A DNA stretch of 64,000 nt from an uncultured Bacilli bacterium (GCA_947628565.1 CANRAH010000002.1:29525-93524); one strand, 5' to 3'. Numbered from the stretch's first letter, positions 1 through 9,062 are shown. The notes: generated from the sequence alone by a model not told the origin. Numbers and translations: made by a program.

Positions 1-965
1 ATCATAATCTAAAGCTAATTCTATTATATTTTCCCCACCTAAGCATAAAACAGCATGCACTATATCTGCATCCCAGAAAGCTAGAAATGGTGGTACAAGT
101 GCTAAATTTTTTGTTCCCCTTTGAAATCCAAAATCGCCAAGTTTTTGTTGAAATGCAAGTGCATTATTAGCATCATGTGAAAGTAATACCGCTTTATTTA
201 TTCCTGTAGTGCACTTGTAAAAGATATATTACAAGGTAAATTTTCCTCATATATTTCTATAATATTTTCTCTTGATATATTCTTTCCTAGCATTAAAAAG
301 TCATTCAAAGAAATTTTGTTATTTATAACTTTTCCAGATAGAAAATCTTTAACTAACTGTAACTTAATTGCTAATCTTTCTGGATTATATTTTGGAGTAG
401 AGTTTTCTAATGGCATTGAAACTTTAATTGCTCTAGAGAATTTTTCATCATTAATTACAGAATATATTTTATCTTCAAGCATATCTAACGTAAAAATCAT
501 TTTAGGATCAACATTTTCTAATTGTCTATATAATCTATTTTTTCCATTATCATCTATTCCAATGTCAAAAACATTTAAATTACAAGTAATTAAACCAAGT
601 GATGTAGCAGAATATTTAATTACATACATTTCTGGAGTAGTTAATCCAATTGTACAAATAACATCACCTTTAGTTAATCCTAAAGCCGCAAATGCTTTTT
701 CATACTCTAAAATAATACTATCAAATTCTTCAGCGGTAAACTTTTTCATGCCACGATTATTTATTATAATACGATTTCTATCATTGTTTATACAACTAAA
801 CAAATAATCTTTCTGAATCATTTTAGGTAATTTTTTTGAAAAGATTGATTGATCATACCACTGTTCCCATATTCTATCTTCTTGTATAATTCCTGATATT
901 GATCTATTTAATTTATATCTTTTATTATCATTTACTATATTTTTCATGTTTTCCCCCCCAATCAT
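1..965 (-). pseudogene. AMP-dependent synthetase/ligase (acyl- or aryl-CoA ligase family), frameshifted inside the P-loop motif. The 3' part runs off the left edge of the window.
   Basis: ORF 198..965 ends ...NISFTSALQE* at TAA 198-200. The minus frame in phase with base 1 reads YIFYKCTTGINKAVLLSHDANNALAFQQ... out to the window edge. Adding one base near 210-215 restores FTSGTTGINKAV, which matches the AMP-binding motif (T/S)SGTTGxPK. The likely start is ATG 947, preceded by a GGGGGG Shine-Dalgarno (SD). Confidence 0.6.
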
Positions 966-1069
966 ATTAATTTTAATAATATTACTATACTATTTGTCAA
1001 TGCATTTTAAATTAATATTACATTTACATTGTAGCGTATTTTAAATATAATTTTCAAATAAATAATTAT

Positions 1070-1099
1070 AAAAAAATGATAAACAATATATTTATCATT
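1070..1099 (-). terminator. Putative intrinsic terminator downstream of the rdgB-like gene
   Basis: On the minus strand, AATGATAAA-tatattg-TTTATCATT forms a 9-bp AT-rich stem followed by a run of Ts (the A-run at 1070-1076 on plus). Confidence 0.45.
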
Positions 1100-1262
1100 C
1101 GATAAGTATAATATAATAAAAATTATATTTGCTATAATGTATCATTTACTTTATATGTATTCAAGTAAGCATGCATAAAATCATTAAATTAATGTATCAA
1201 ATAAATATTTAAAATATAATTATTTAATTTACTCTTTCAATTTACTATATTATTATATTTAA

Positions 1263-1850
1263 TTATTTTAATTCATCTTTATATTTTTCTTTAAACCATT
1301 TTGTGAATTTATCTTTGGCATCTCCCCAGTAAGAAGCTTCTTTCTCATAATCAATTTCTCTTAATTCACTTAATGTTTTTGTCTCACCATCTGGAATATA
1401 AAATTTATCATGCCATCTTCCTTTTGTACCTCTTGCTTCATAGGCAATTGTACCAGTTCCTCCTCCAGTAAAAACTATAGGATCCTTATTGGGTTCACAA
1501 TATGCAAAACAATGCTCTAATCTAGCCTTTCTATTTTTCTCATTTTTAAATAATTCTAAGAATTTTTCTACACCAATTTGTTTATCAAAATAATGATTGT
1601 ATGGTCCAGGTAGTCCTCCTAATGCATCAATATAGAGTCCGGAATCAGACTTTAAAACTGCAACTCCTAATTTATCTGCAGCATATTTTGCACTAAAAGC
1701 TGCAACTTCACCACATGTTTCTGCTTGAATTTCAACAATTTCAAAATCAGGATTTACAATTTCAATATTAAATCCATATTTTTTACTAAAAAATTCATTT
1801 GCCTCTTCAACTTTATGTGGATTTGTTGTTAAATATATCAATTTTTTCAT
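1263..1850 (-). CDS. rdgB: Non-canonical purine NTP pyrophosphatase (RdgB/HAM1 family, dITP/XTP house-cleaning)
   Basis: 195 aa. It has the N-terminal LTTNPHKVEE motif, then SDSGLYIDALGGLPGPY, typical of the Ham1/RdgB family. SD GAGAGGAAG lies upstream. Confidence 0.8.
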   Translation of the reverse strand: MKKLIYLTTNPHKVEEANEFFSKKYGFNIEIVNPDFEIVEIQAETCGEVAAFSAKYAADKLGVAVLKSDSGLYIDALGGLPGPYNHYFDKQIGVEKFLELFKNEKNRKARLEHCFAYCEPNKDPIVFTGGGTGTIAYEARGTKGRWHDKFYIPDGETKTLSELREIDYEKEASYWGDAKDKFTKWFKEKYKDELK

Positions 1851-1922
1851 ATTTTTAACTTCCTCTCTTTTAATTTAAATTTTTTATCCAAACTTTTTTA
1901 AATTTTAAACTATTATATAATA

Positions 1923-3566
1923 TTATAATTTATCGCTCGTTTTTTTACTATTTAATTTTTCATAATATTCTACTATCTGTTTATCATAATAAGATATTTT
2001 TCCACTAGGTAAACTCAATGTTTGATCTATTTTAAGATTATCAACAAACTCTGAATTATGTGATACCAAAAGAATTGTGCCTTTATATTCTTTAAAAGTA
2101 TCAGCTATAATTTTTTGTGTTTGAGGATCTAAATGATTAGTGGGTTCATCTAATATTAAAAAATTAGCACCAACTAAAGATAATTTAGCTAAAGCAACAC
2201 GACTTCTTTCACCAGGAGATAATATGGAAACTTTTTTAAATACATCATCGCCATAAAATAAAAATCTTCCAAGTATACTTCTAAGCTTATTAATACTTAT
2301 ATTAAAGTCAGAAAAATTTTCTATAATTGTTTTATTTTCATCTAATAGTTCATGTTCCTGAGCGTAATATGCTATATCTGTTTTATTTCCAATTTCTATT
2401 TTACCGGAATCTGGTTTTAAATTGCCTATTATCAATTTAAGTAAAGTTGATTTACCAATTCCATTTTCTCCTACTATTAAAAATCTTTCTCCTTTTAATA
2501 ATTCAAAGCTTAAATTATCTATTATATTTTTATCAGAATTTTTATCGTACTTAAAGTTTAAATTTGAAACTTTAAGGGGTATATTATTACTTTCTCTATT
2601 AATTTCTACACTTACTTTAACTTCCTTTAAATTAGGCTTTATATCTATTTTATTCTTTAATAATTTTTCTAATTTTTTCTCTCTATCTTGAGCCATTTTT
2701 TTTCTTTTGCCAGAAGAATTGTTATATTTTTCTATTATGGCTCTTAGCTTATCCTCTTGTCTTTTTTCTATTTTTGCTTGCTTTAAAATATTTTCCTCTT
2801 TTATTTTATGAAGTCGTAAAAAAGAATCATAATTTCCATCATAAAGTTCCATACTCTTTTCTTTTTTATCTAAAAATAATATTTTATTAGTTATTTGATT
2901 TAAAAAAGATGTATCATGTGAAATAACAAAAACGCTTCCTTTATAATTTTTTATATAATTTATGATATATTCTTTTGTCGTGCTATCAAGATGATTAGTT
3001 GGTTCATCCAAAAGTAATATTTCTGGATTAGAATATAAAAGTCTTGCAAATGCTACCTTAGATTTTTGACCTCCTGATATATTAGTTATTTTTTTATCTA
3101 AAAGAGAATCATCTATATCCATTCCACTTATAATTTTCAAAAGTGTGCTTTCTGCATTATAAGAATCAAAATATTTAAGTTTTGATTCTACTTTATCTAT
3201 TTGATTATATATTTTTTTTAACATCTTAATTTCTTTTACATTTGAAAGTTCAATATAAAGTGATTGAAGCTCAAGATTTAATTTTTCGATTGGACGTGCT
3301 TTCATTAAAAATTCTAACACTGTAATATCTTCATTTTCAATTTCATCTTTAATAGTTTGAGGAAGATATCCTAGTCTTTTATTACTTTCAATGATTACTT
3401 TACCTTGTGTAGGTTCTAAAATACCATATATTATTTTTAAAAATGTGGATTTACCTGCACCGTTAACTCCAACAATACCTACTTTTTCATTTTCACCTAT
3501 ATACAAGTTAACATCGTTAAATAATTCTTGCATCCCAAACATCATAGATAAGTTTTTTATTTGCAT
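1923..3566 (-). CDS. ABC-F family ATPase (two fused ABC domains, no transmembrane (TM) domain)
   Basis: 547 aa. Walker A motifs GVNGAGKST and GENGIGKST, signatures LSGGQKSKV and LSPGERSRV, and a lysine/glutamate-rich interdomain linker. Confidence 0.9.
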   Translation of the reverse strand: MQIKNLSMMFGMQELFNDVNLYIGENEKVGIVGVNGAGKSTFLKIIYGILEPTQGKVIIESNKRLGYLPQTIKDEIENEDITVLEFLMKARPIEKLNLELQSLYIELSNVKEIKMLKKIYNQIDKVESKLKYFDSYNAESTLLKIISGMDIDDSLLDKKITNISGGQKSKVAFARLLYSNPEILLLDEPTNHLDSTTKEYIINYIKNYKGSVFVISHDTSFLNQITNKILFLDKKEKSMELYDGNYDSFLRLHKIKEENILKQAKIEKRQEDKLRAIIEKYNNSSGKRKKMAQDREKKLEKLLKNKIDIKPNLKEVKVSVEINRESNNIPLKVSNLNFKYDKNSDKNIIDNLSFELLKGERFLIVGENGIGKSTLLKLIIGNLKPDSGKIEIGNKTDIAYYAQEHELLDENKTIIENFSDFNISINKLRSILGRFLFYGDDVFKKVSILSPGERSRVALAKLSLVGANFLILDEPTNHLDPQTQKIIADTFKEYKGTILLVSHNSEFVDNLKIDQTLSLPSGKISYYDKQIVEYYEKLNSKKTSDKL

Positions 3567-3755
3567 ATCTACTCCTCCAAACTGTATAATAAGATTTTTA
3601 AAGTAATCATTATATCGACAATAATAATTTTATAAGATGTTTATATTTATGTCAATTATTTGTTTACTTTAAACTATAAAATAATGTATAATTATTGTTA
3701 GACTACTATAATTGTTCCTTTAAAATGCGATAAATTGTAAAATGTAGGTGATTAT

Positions 3756-4343
3756 ATGAAATTAACTTTAGCAAGTACATCTAAGTTTAAAAGCGATATT
3801 ATGAATACTGTGAAATTAAATCATTTTCTTATTAAAAGTGACTTTGAAGAAATTTCTAAAAATTTTAATAATGTATACGAATATGTAAAAGATCTTGCAT
3901 TAGGAAAAGCATTAAGCGTCAAGGATAAAGTAGATACTGGTATAATACTTGGACTCGATACAGTAGTATATATAAATGGTCAAATATTGGAAAAACCTAA
4001 AGATTTAAATGAAGTAAGAAAATTTTTAAATATGTGCCAAGGAAATACTACATCCGTTATAACAGGAATTGCTCTTATAAATAAAGATACAAATGAGATT
4101 ATAAAAGATTATAAAGAAACAAAAGTAACATTAAGGAAGATGAATGACCGTGATATCGAATATTACATAAAAAATGAACCGAATAAAATGTATGCATCGG
4201 GTTTTGTAATTGAAACTGTTATTTCCAATTTTATAGAAAGCATAGAAGGAAGCTATTATAATATATTAGGCATACCAGTTGAGACTATATATAAGCATCT
4301 AGAAGATTTAAATATTCACTTAGATGATTTAGAAAGTATATAA
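3756..4343 (+). CDS. maf: Maf-like nucleoside triphosphate pyrophosphatase (septum formation protein Maf family)
   Basis: 195 aa. N-terminal LASTSKFKSDIM resembles LASxSPRRxxLL. It also has GLDTVV...GQILEKP and ASGFVIE motifs. SD GTAGGTGA lies upstream. Confidence 0.8.
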   Translation: MKLTLASTSKFKSDIMNTVKLNHFLIKSDFEEISKNFNNVYEYVKDLALGKALSVKDKVDTGIILGLDTVVYINGQILEKPKDLNEVRKFLNMCQGNTTSVITGIALINKDTNEIIKDYKETKVTLRKMNDRDIEYYIKNEPNKMYASGFVIETVISNFIESIEGSYYNILGIPVETIYKHLEDLNIHLDDLESI

Positions 4344-4442
4344 AATTTTAATTTTCGACTAAAATTTTAAAAAATTTAATCTAAAATATTAAAAATATTA
4401 AAAATTATGATATAATGTTATTGTAAAAAGGAGGTCACTAAT

Positions 4443-5081
4443 GTGGAAAACAATTTTTTTGATAGGATGAATGAAATTTCGGATAATGAAAATAAAAAAG
4501 TCATAGAAGCACAAATCGATGAAATAAAAAGAGTACAACAATTTAAGGTAGAAAAATTAAAATCTTGGGAAGAAGCAATAACTAATAAGCTTGAAAAACA
4601 GATTGAATTCTTATCTTATACTGAAAAATATGCAAAAGAAATTGAAAGAATGATAATTGATATTATTAATAATTCCTCTTCTCCAAAAGGTAAAATAAAC
4701 AATATGAGTAGTTATCGCATAGGTACATTAGATACTACAGATATGTGGAACAAATATGACGAAAGTTACGAAACTGGATATGAAGTAATTAAAGGAATTT
4801 TAGTTATAACTTTAAATTATTCTAAACGTTATGGACCTGTTGGATCTGGCGGTGGAATGGCACCAAAAATTAATTGGGAATATTTAGCATCAATCCTATG
4901 TCAAAACGGTATCCTAATTGAAAGAGTTCAAAAGGATGGCGATAGGTCTTCAGGTGAATACGATGAACATATAGATGTACTTAGAATTTATTGTGTAAGT
5001 AAAGTTTTTTACAAAACTCATAATTTAAGCAATACAAAACGTGAGCACGAAAAAAAAGTTGAACAAGAACAAGAAAATTAA
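4443..5081 (+). CDS. Hypothetical protein (coiled-coil N-terminus, Gly-rich GPVGSGGGMAPK segment)
   Basis: 212-aa ORF with a GTG start 7 nt after AAAGGAGG. An extended -10 (TGaTATAAT) lies upstream and a strong terminator downstream. I recognised no family. Confidence 0.55.
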   Translation: MENNFFDRMNEISDNENKKVIEAQIDEIKRVQQFKVEKLKSWEEAITNKLEKQIEFLSYTEKYAKEIERMIIDIINNSSSPKGKINNMSSYRIGTLDTTDMWNKYDESYETGYEVIKGILVITLNYSKRYGPVGSGGGMAPKINWEYLASILCQNGILIERVQKDGDRSSGEYDEHIDVLRIYCVSKVFYKTHNLSNTKREHEKKVEQEQEN

Positions 5082-5100
5082 AAGATAAAATTAATAACAA

Positions 5101-5131
5101 AAAATCCAAGTATTTAATTTACTTGGATTTT
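5101..5131. terminator. Bidirectional intrinsic terminator between convergent genes
   Basis: AAAATCCAAGT-atttaattt-ACTTGGATTTT forms an 11-bp stem flanked by an A-run and a T-run. Confidence 0.8.
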
Positions 5132-5158
5132 ATTATTTATAAATATAAATTAATACAA

Positions 5159-5641
5159 TTATATTTTTTTAGTTACATAATATTCAACTATCTCATATCC
5201 ATTTTTTTGATAAAAATTTAATGCCTTTTTATTTGGTCCATATACCTCAATAATTACTCTTACACAACCAATACTTTTTAAATATGATTCTATTTTATTC
5301 ATTAATTTAGTGCCTATACCATTACCTCTTATATCTTTTGATATAACAAGTTCCATAACGCTACCAGTTTTATCACAGATATTTGTTAATCTATCTTCTT
5401 CATCTTTAGTATTAACTATACCCATTACAAGTCCAACAATTTTATCGTTTTCTTTAGCAAGATATATTTTACCATCATACATTTCTATATTATCCATATC
5501 AAGTTTAAACATACCCTCTTTATATTCAGGTACCATTTTTAAAAATTTAAAATAATCTACATCAACTAAATATTCTTGAAGTTCTACAAGTAAATTTTTT
5601 ATATCTTCATCATAAATTTTATCATATTCTACTATTTCCAT
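5159..5641 (-). CDS. GNAT family N-acetyltransferase
   Basis: 160 aa. The acetyl-CoA binding motif RGNGIGTKLMNKIESYL is present, and the C-terminus has ALNFYQKNGYE. Confidence 0.85.
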   Translation of the reverse strand: MEIVEYDKIYDEDIKNLLVELQEYLVDVDYFKFLKMVPEYKEGMFKLDMDNIEMYDGKIYLAKENDKIVGLVMGIVNTKDEEDRLTNICDKTGSVMELVISKDIRGNGIGTKLMNKIESYLKSIGCVRVIIEVYGPNKKALNFYQKNGYEIVEYYVTKKI

Positions 5642-6279
5642 AAATCATCCCTTATCTCTGGCATTTTTTTATCAAATGTCACATTTTTATAAGACTTTAT
5701 ATTTTGTTCTTTACAAAGTGAAGTATATTTATCATCCCAAGATAATCTATATGCATCTTTTATATTAAGTCCTAAAACATTTACCCAATATTTAATTATA
5801 TTATTGCTATCAATATCGCTATTTCTTTTACTTTCTATTTCAAGAGCGAGTCCAAAAGGATATTCATCTAAAGATATTTCTACATCATCATTTGTAAATG
5901 TTGTTCTATATCTTTCATAACTTTCTATTAATTTCATTTTTATAACGTTTTCTAAAATATAAATCAAATTATCATAATCATTATAATCAAAATTAACTTC
6001 TTTTTCCTCTTCTTTATTAACATCCTTTTTTATTGTATCATTTAATCTTTTTTTAAAACTTATTTTGCATTTTGTTTCCTTATCGTTTTTAGTAATTCTT
6101 ATTCTAAATCTAGCATCTATTTCTTTTGAATAAAAACTATCTTTTTGATCAGGATGATCATATTGCAAAGTCTTTTCATAACATCTATCATTCATATTTA
6201 AATCTTTTATATTTTTTAATCTTGATACTATATCTTCATATCTACTTTTTTTAAAATAATATCTAACTTCATATTCCAT
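5632..6279 (-). CDS. CYTH domain protein (class IV adenylate cyclase / triphosphate tunnel metalloenzyme fold)
   Basis: 215 aa. The N-terminal EYEVRYYF strand is ExExK-like. It also has ARFRIRI, and ERYRTTFTNDDVEISLDEYPFGLALEIES. It overlaps the GNAT start by 10 nt. Confidence 0.6.
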   Translation of the reverse strand: MEYEVRYYFKKSRYEDIVSRLKNIKDLNMNDRCYEKTLQYDHPDQKDSFYSKEIDARFRIRITKNDKETKCKISFKKRLNDTIKKDVNKEEEKEVNFDYNDYDNLIYILENVIKMKLIESYERYRTTFTNDDVEISLDEYPFGLALEIESKRNSDIDSNNIIKYWVNVLGLNIKDAYRLSWDDKYTSLCKEQNIKSYKNVTFDKKMPEIRDDLWK

Positions 6280-6288
6280 AATAACTCC

Positions 6289-7059
6289 TTATATTAATTT
6301 TATTGCAAATTCTAAAGCTAATATCATTACTTCTTTTTTCTTATCTATGTTAGATAAACCAGATAGACTTCTTTCATCCCAATTTACACAATCTAAATTA
6401 TCACCTGCATAGTAAAAAGTAAAATAATCCAATTTTTTTCTTTTACAAACACTAGCTATTACAGATCCTTCCATTTCAACAGTAATTGCACCATTATTTT
6501 TAAAATAATTAATTTTTTCTTTAGTTTCTCTATAAAATGCATCTGTTGTCCAAGTATAACCCATTTTATAATCAAAATTATATTCTTTTAATATACTTAT
6601 AAATACATCTATATATTTTGGATTCATATCAATAGTATCAGATTCTTCTATATAATGATAACTTGTTCCTTCATCTCTAAAAGCTTTAGTTGGTATAACT
6701 ATAGAACAATCTTCAATACTAGCATCAAGTACTCCACAATTACCAAATATTATAAACTTTTTTACCCCACAAGCGCTTAAATCTTCTATATCACAACTTA
6801 TATTAGGTCCACCTACTCCAGCCATTGTAAATACAATTTCACTATTTTTATATTTCAATATATATACATTTTTATCAAAATTAGTATTTGATATATATCC
6901 TACTTCCTTACATTGAAATTTTTCTATTACATCTTCATATAAATGATGTGAAAATACTAAAACTGCTACTTGTGGCAATTTTATATTTTTATCTTGTCCT
7001 TCTTTAAATTTAATTCCTATTGGTTTTATAAATCCTTCTTCATTACTATATTTAATCAT
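6289..7059 (-). CDS. Nucleoside phosphorylase (PNP/UDP-1 family, uridine phosphorylase-like)
   Basis: 256 aa with motifs FTMAGVGGP, RDEGTSYHY and TVEMEGS. Confidence 0.75.
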   Translation of the reverse strand: MIKYSNEEGFIKPIGIKFKEGQDKNIKLPQVAVLVFSHHLYEDVIEKFQCKEVGYISNTNFDKNVYILKYKNSEIVFTMAGVGGPNISCDIEDLSACGVKKFIIFGNCGVLDASIEDCSIVIPTKAFRDEGTSYHYIEESDTIDMNPKYIDVFISILKEYNFDYKMGYTWTTDAFYRETKEKINYFKNNGAITVEMEGSVIASVCKRKKLDYFTFYYAGDNLDCVNWDERSLSGLSNIDKKKEVMILALEFAIKLI

Positions 7060-7075
7060 AAGATCTCCTTTAATA

Positions 7076-7582
7076 TTATATTTTTAAATATTCCTCTACT
7101 ACTTTTATAGTATCTTTAACTACATTTTCTTTAGTACAAGTTTTAAGACTTTCTTCTAATACTTTTAATACATCATTTTTATTAATATATTTTATATTAA
7201 ACATACCTTCTTTTTCATTTTCAGTTAGACTAATTTTTGATAAATTTGGTTTATCATCCGTCTTAATCATATAATAATTTGCTATATATTTTGAATTAAT
7301 TCCTATTTCAGGATAATCTTTACTATAATAAATTATTGAAACAAATGGTTCTCTTTTTTCTTTAGGTAAGATTATACCAACTTCTTCTTCTATTTCTCTA
7401 TTAAGGCATTCATCAATAGATTCATTATCCTCTAAATGTCCACCTGGAAGTTGGTAATTAGAATTACCATATCCAAGTAATATTTCACCATTTGAATTTT
7501 CTATTACAGCTTTTGCTCTATAAACCGTATTATTAATATCATTATCTTTTAGATTAAATTCATTATAAATTATTTTTTTCAT
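7076..7582 (-). CDS. NUDIX hydrolase
   Basis: Nudix box GGHLEDNESIDECLNREIEEEVGI. The start is placed at ATG 7582 after GGTGA; the ORF is open to 7594 (GTG). Confidence 0.9.
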   Translation of the reverse strand: MKKIIYNEFNLKDNDINNTVYRAKAVIENSNGEILLGYGNSNYQLPGGHLEDNESIDECLNREIEEEVGIILPKEKREPFVSIIYYSKDYPEIGINSKYIANYYMIKTDDKPNLSKISLTENEKEGMFNIKYINKNDVLKVLEESLKTCTKENVVKDTIKVVEEYLKI

Positions 7583-7628
7583 TATCATCACCACTTAAAC
7601 TATACCATAAATATAAATATTTTTCTAC

Positions 7629-7657
7629 AAAAAAAGGGAACTTAAACAAATTCCCTT
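7629..7657 (-). terminator. Intrinsic terminator after the methyltransferase gene
   Basis: On the minus strand, AAGGGAA-tttgtttaag-TTCCCTT is followed by TTTTTTT. Confidence 0.75.
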
Positions 7658-7678
7658 TTAGTAAGATTCTTTTAAATT

Positions 7679-8416
7679 TTATTTTCTTGCAGTTATACCA
7701 TAATATTGTCTTCTTAATATTATTTGTTTGTTTTTAGTATTATTTTTTACATATTCATCAATTTTATCTAAATCGAAATTTTTGATATTAGAATAATCAA
7801 GTATTGGAACTCTTTTTAAAAAATTTATTAAAGTTTCTTTATCTTTATAATATTCTCTAATATAAATTGGAACTAATTCAACATCTTTAAAATTTGCATC
7901 TAGTACTGCTTCATAATCTACTTGACTTTGTGGCTTAATATCATTATATCCTTGTCCATATCCAAAAATTCTTTTTAAATCCCAACAATCTAACTTGTCT
8001 ACCCCTCTAATTATCAAAAGTCCACCTTTTTTTAATGTTTTATAGATTTGTTTTGGATCGGTTATTGTATGTCTTGCAACTACTATATCAAAATATTCAG
8101 ACTTAGTATCCATATCAAGATTATTCATCAATCTAAATTCAATATTTTTTCTTTTAGATATTTCTAAATTTTTCTTTGCAGTTTCAATCATACCCTTTGA
8201 ATAATCAGTTGCAAGTATTTCTTTAACATTTGGAAAATGCTTTATAACATTTTCTCCACCACCTGTACCTAAATCAAGTATTTTAGATTCTTGATTAGAA
8301 TTTTTATTTAATATTTCATACATGTCCCAATTTGTTAAGAACTCTTCCGTTATTTCAAATTCATCAAAGTCCCATTTTTTCTCATTATCATAAAATTCAT
8401 ATTCTAAATCTTTCAT
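7679..8416 (-). CDS. Class I SAM-dependent methyltransferase
   Basis: Motif I ILDLGTGGGEN, and IVVARHT...GGLLII. The start is ATG 8416 (MKDLEYEF), 8 nt after AAGGAG. The longer ORF to 8461 lies inside the leader hairpin. Confidence 0.85.
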   Translation of the reverse strand: MKDLEYEFYDNEKKWDFDEFEITEEFLTNWDMYEILNKNSNQESKILDLGTGGGENVIKHFPNVKEILATDYSKGMIETAKKNLEISKRKNIEFRLMNNLDMDTKSEYFDIVVARHTITDPKQIYKTLKKGGLLIIRGVDKLDCWDLKRIFGYGQGYNDIKPQSQVDYEAVLDANFKDVELVPIYIREYYKDKETLINFLKRVPILDYSNIKNFDLDKIDEYVKNNTKNKQIILRRQYYGITARK

Positions 8417-8589
8417 ATTATCAACTCCTTTTTGTGGTACTAAAAAGAATCTTACCACCATAGCAAAATTACCACTTTTTTACCATGGTTAATTTTGTCA
8501 TTCATGATAAGATTCTTAAGGTCTATCATTATTCCTTTAAGCTAATGCTTACTGGTAGTAATACGCTAATGGACGAATTGAATTACTAC
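8417..8589 (-). promoter_or_regulatory. Structured 5' leader with a terminator-like long hairpin (candidate attenuator or riboswitch, class unknown)
   Basis: AAGAATCTTATCA (8517-8505) pairs with TGGTAAGATTCTT (8457-8445), giving 13 bp including 1 G-U. This encloses an inner stem CAAAATTA.CCA/TGG.TAATTTTG and is followed by TTTTT, which ends 25 nt before the ATG. Confidence 0.45.
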
Positions 8590-8595
8590 AATTAC

Positions 8596-8624
8596 ATATT
8601 AACACTTTGTTTTTAATTTGTCAA
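8596..8624 (-). promoter_or_regulatory. Sigma-A type promoter for the methyltransferase leader
   Basis: On the minus strand: TTGACA, a 17-nt spacer ending in TGt (extended -10), then TAATAT. Confidence 0.55.
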
Positions 8625-8775
8625 ATTATTTATGTAATATTAAATTAATGAAATCAAATAATTATTTCAAGAACAACAACATTTCTTTAAAGTTAGAAAA
8701 TAAAAAATTTATGAAATAAAAGTATTGAGAATTAATATTATAAAGATTAAAAAAAGATAATAATTTAAATTAAGC

Positions 8776-8850
8776 AAAAAAGCAGGCAACCACGATGGGA
8801 ACGCTAGTAATGATACTAGAATCTTGCCACCTTACGGTCAACCTACTTCT
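8776..8850 (-). ncRNA. Candidate small RNA A (about 75 nt; promoter plus structured GC-enriched core plus U-run)
   Basis: On the minus strand, TTGATT-N17-TACAAT (8886-8858) precedes AGAAGUAGGUUGACC...CUAGUA-ucau-UACUAG...GGUUGCCUGCUUUUUU. This is a GC-rich island in AT-rich intergenic DNA. Confidence 0.35.
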
Positions 8851-8996
8851 AATAAAAATTGTACTACAAATTTAACAAGAAATCAAATTATAATTGTATA
8901 ACTTTATTTTAAGAAGAAAATGATTTAAATAACAATTAATCAAAAATAAATATCTATATTTGTAAATAAATTGATTCATAAATAATGGATTTTTAC

Positions 8997-9062
8997 AAAA
9001 AAGCAGGAACATCGTCCGAAGGTGTTTATAACACTACTTCGAATTTAGATATTCCTGCTCCT
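8997..9062 (-). ncRNA. Candidate small RNA B (about 66 nt rod-like hairpin with U-run)
   Basis: On the minus strand, TTGAGA-N17-TATATT (9097-9069) is followed by AGCAGGAA...CGAAG.GUGUU-aua-AACAC.CUUCG...UUCCUGCU and then UUUUUU. Confidence 0.35.

Noticed and set aside
316-807. Plus-strand 163-aa ORF antisense to the AMP-ligase gene. Many similar shadow ORFs belong to the same group: 2422-2691, 3391-3606, 5310-5555, 15254-15466, 17289-17741, 18293-18592, 19026-19241, 19345-19548, 20429-20644, 20982-21194, 25282-25710, 33138-33533, 34894-35112, 36894-37085, 38605-38808, 41566-41862, 41907-42383, 42414-42656, 46032-46361, 46997-47371, 48974-49231, 50198-50380, 51791-52096, 53107-53301, 53451-53648, 56719-56928, 57154-57342 and 60270-60458.
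   Set aside because: Each lies fully or largely inside a longer opposite-strand ORF that has clear family motifs. Their translations are Ser/Leu/Ile/Phe-rich low-complexity sequence, as expected for the antisense of AT-rich coding DNA. None has a convincing SD.
1075-1099. Fur/PerR-box-like palindrome AATGATAAA-N7-TTTATCATT upstream of the AMP-ligase gene.
   Set aside because: The half-site spacing does not fit the 7-1-7 Fur-family architecture. On the minus strand a T-run follows the hairpin directly, so it is more simply explained as the rdgB terminator.
8417-8589. T-box or SAM-riboswitch identity for the methyltransferase leader. It contains GGUGGUA, reminiscent of the T-box core, and UCUUAUCA, reminiscent of the SAM-I P1.
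   Set aside because: There is no Stem I, specifier or AGAGA features and no ACCGCG continuation of the T-box. There is no GAGGGA...GGCCC SAM-I core either. The similarity is limited to 7-8 nt.
8997-9062. tRNA-like reading of candidate sRNA B on the plus strand. It has a 7-bp acceptor-like stem GCAGGAA/TTCCTGC, a 7-nt loop TTTATAA that could present a UAU anticodon, and a TTCGAAT T-loop-like string.
   Set aside because: The element is only about 56 nt between the stem ends. It has no D-arm and no properly paired T-arm, and no CCA or discriminator context. It folds better as a simple rod followed by a U-run on the minus strand.
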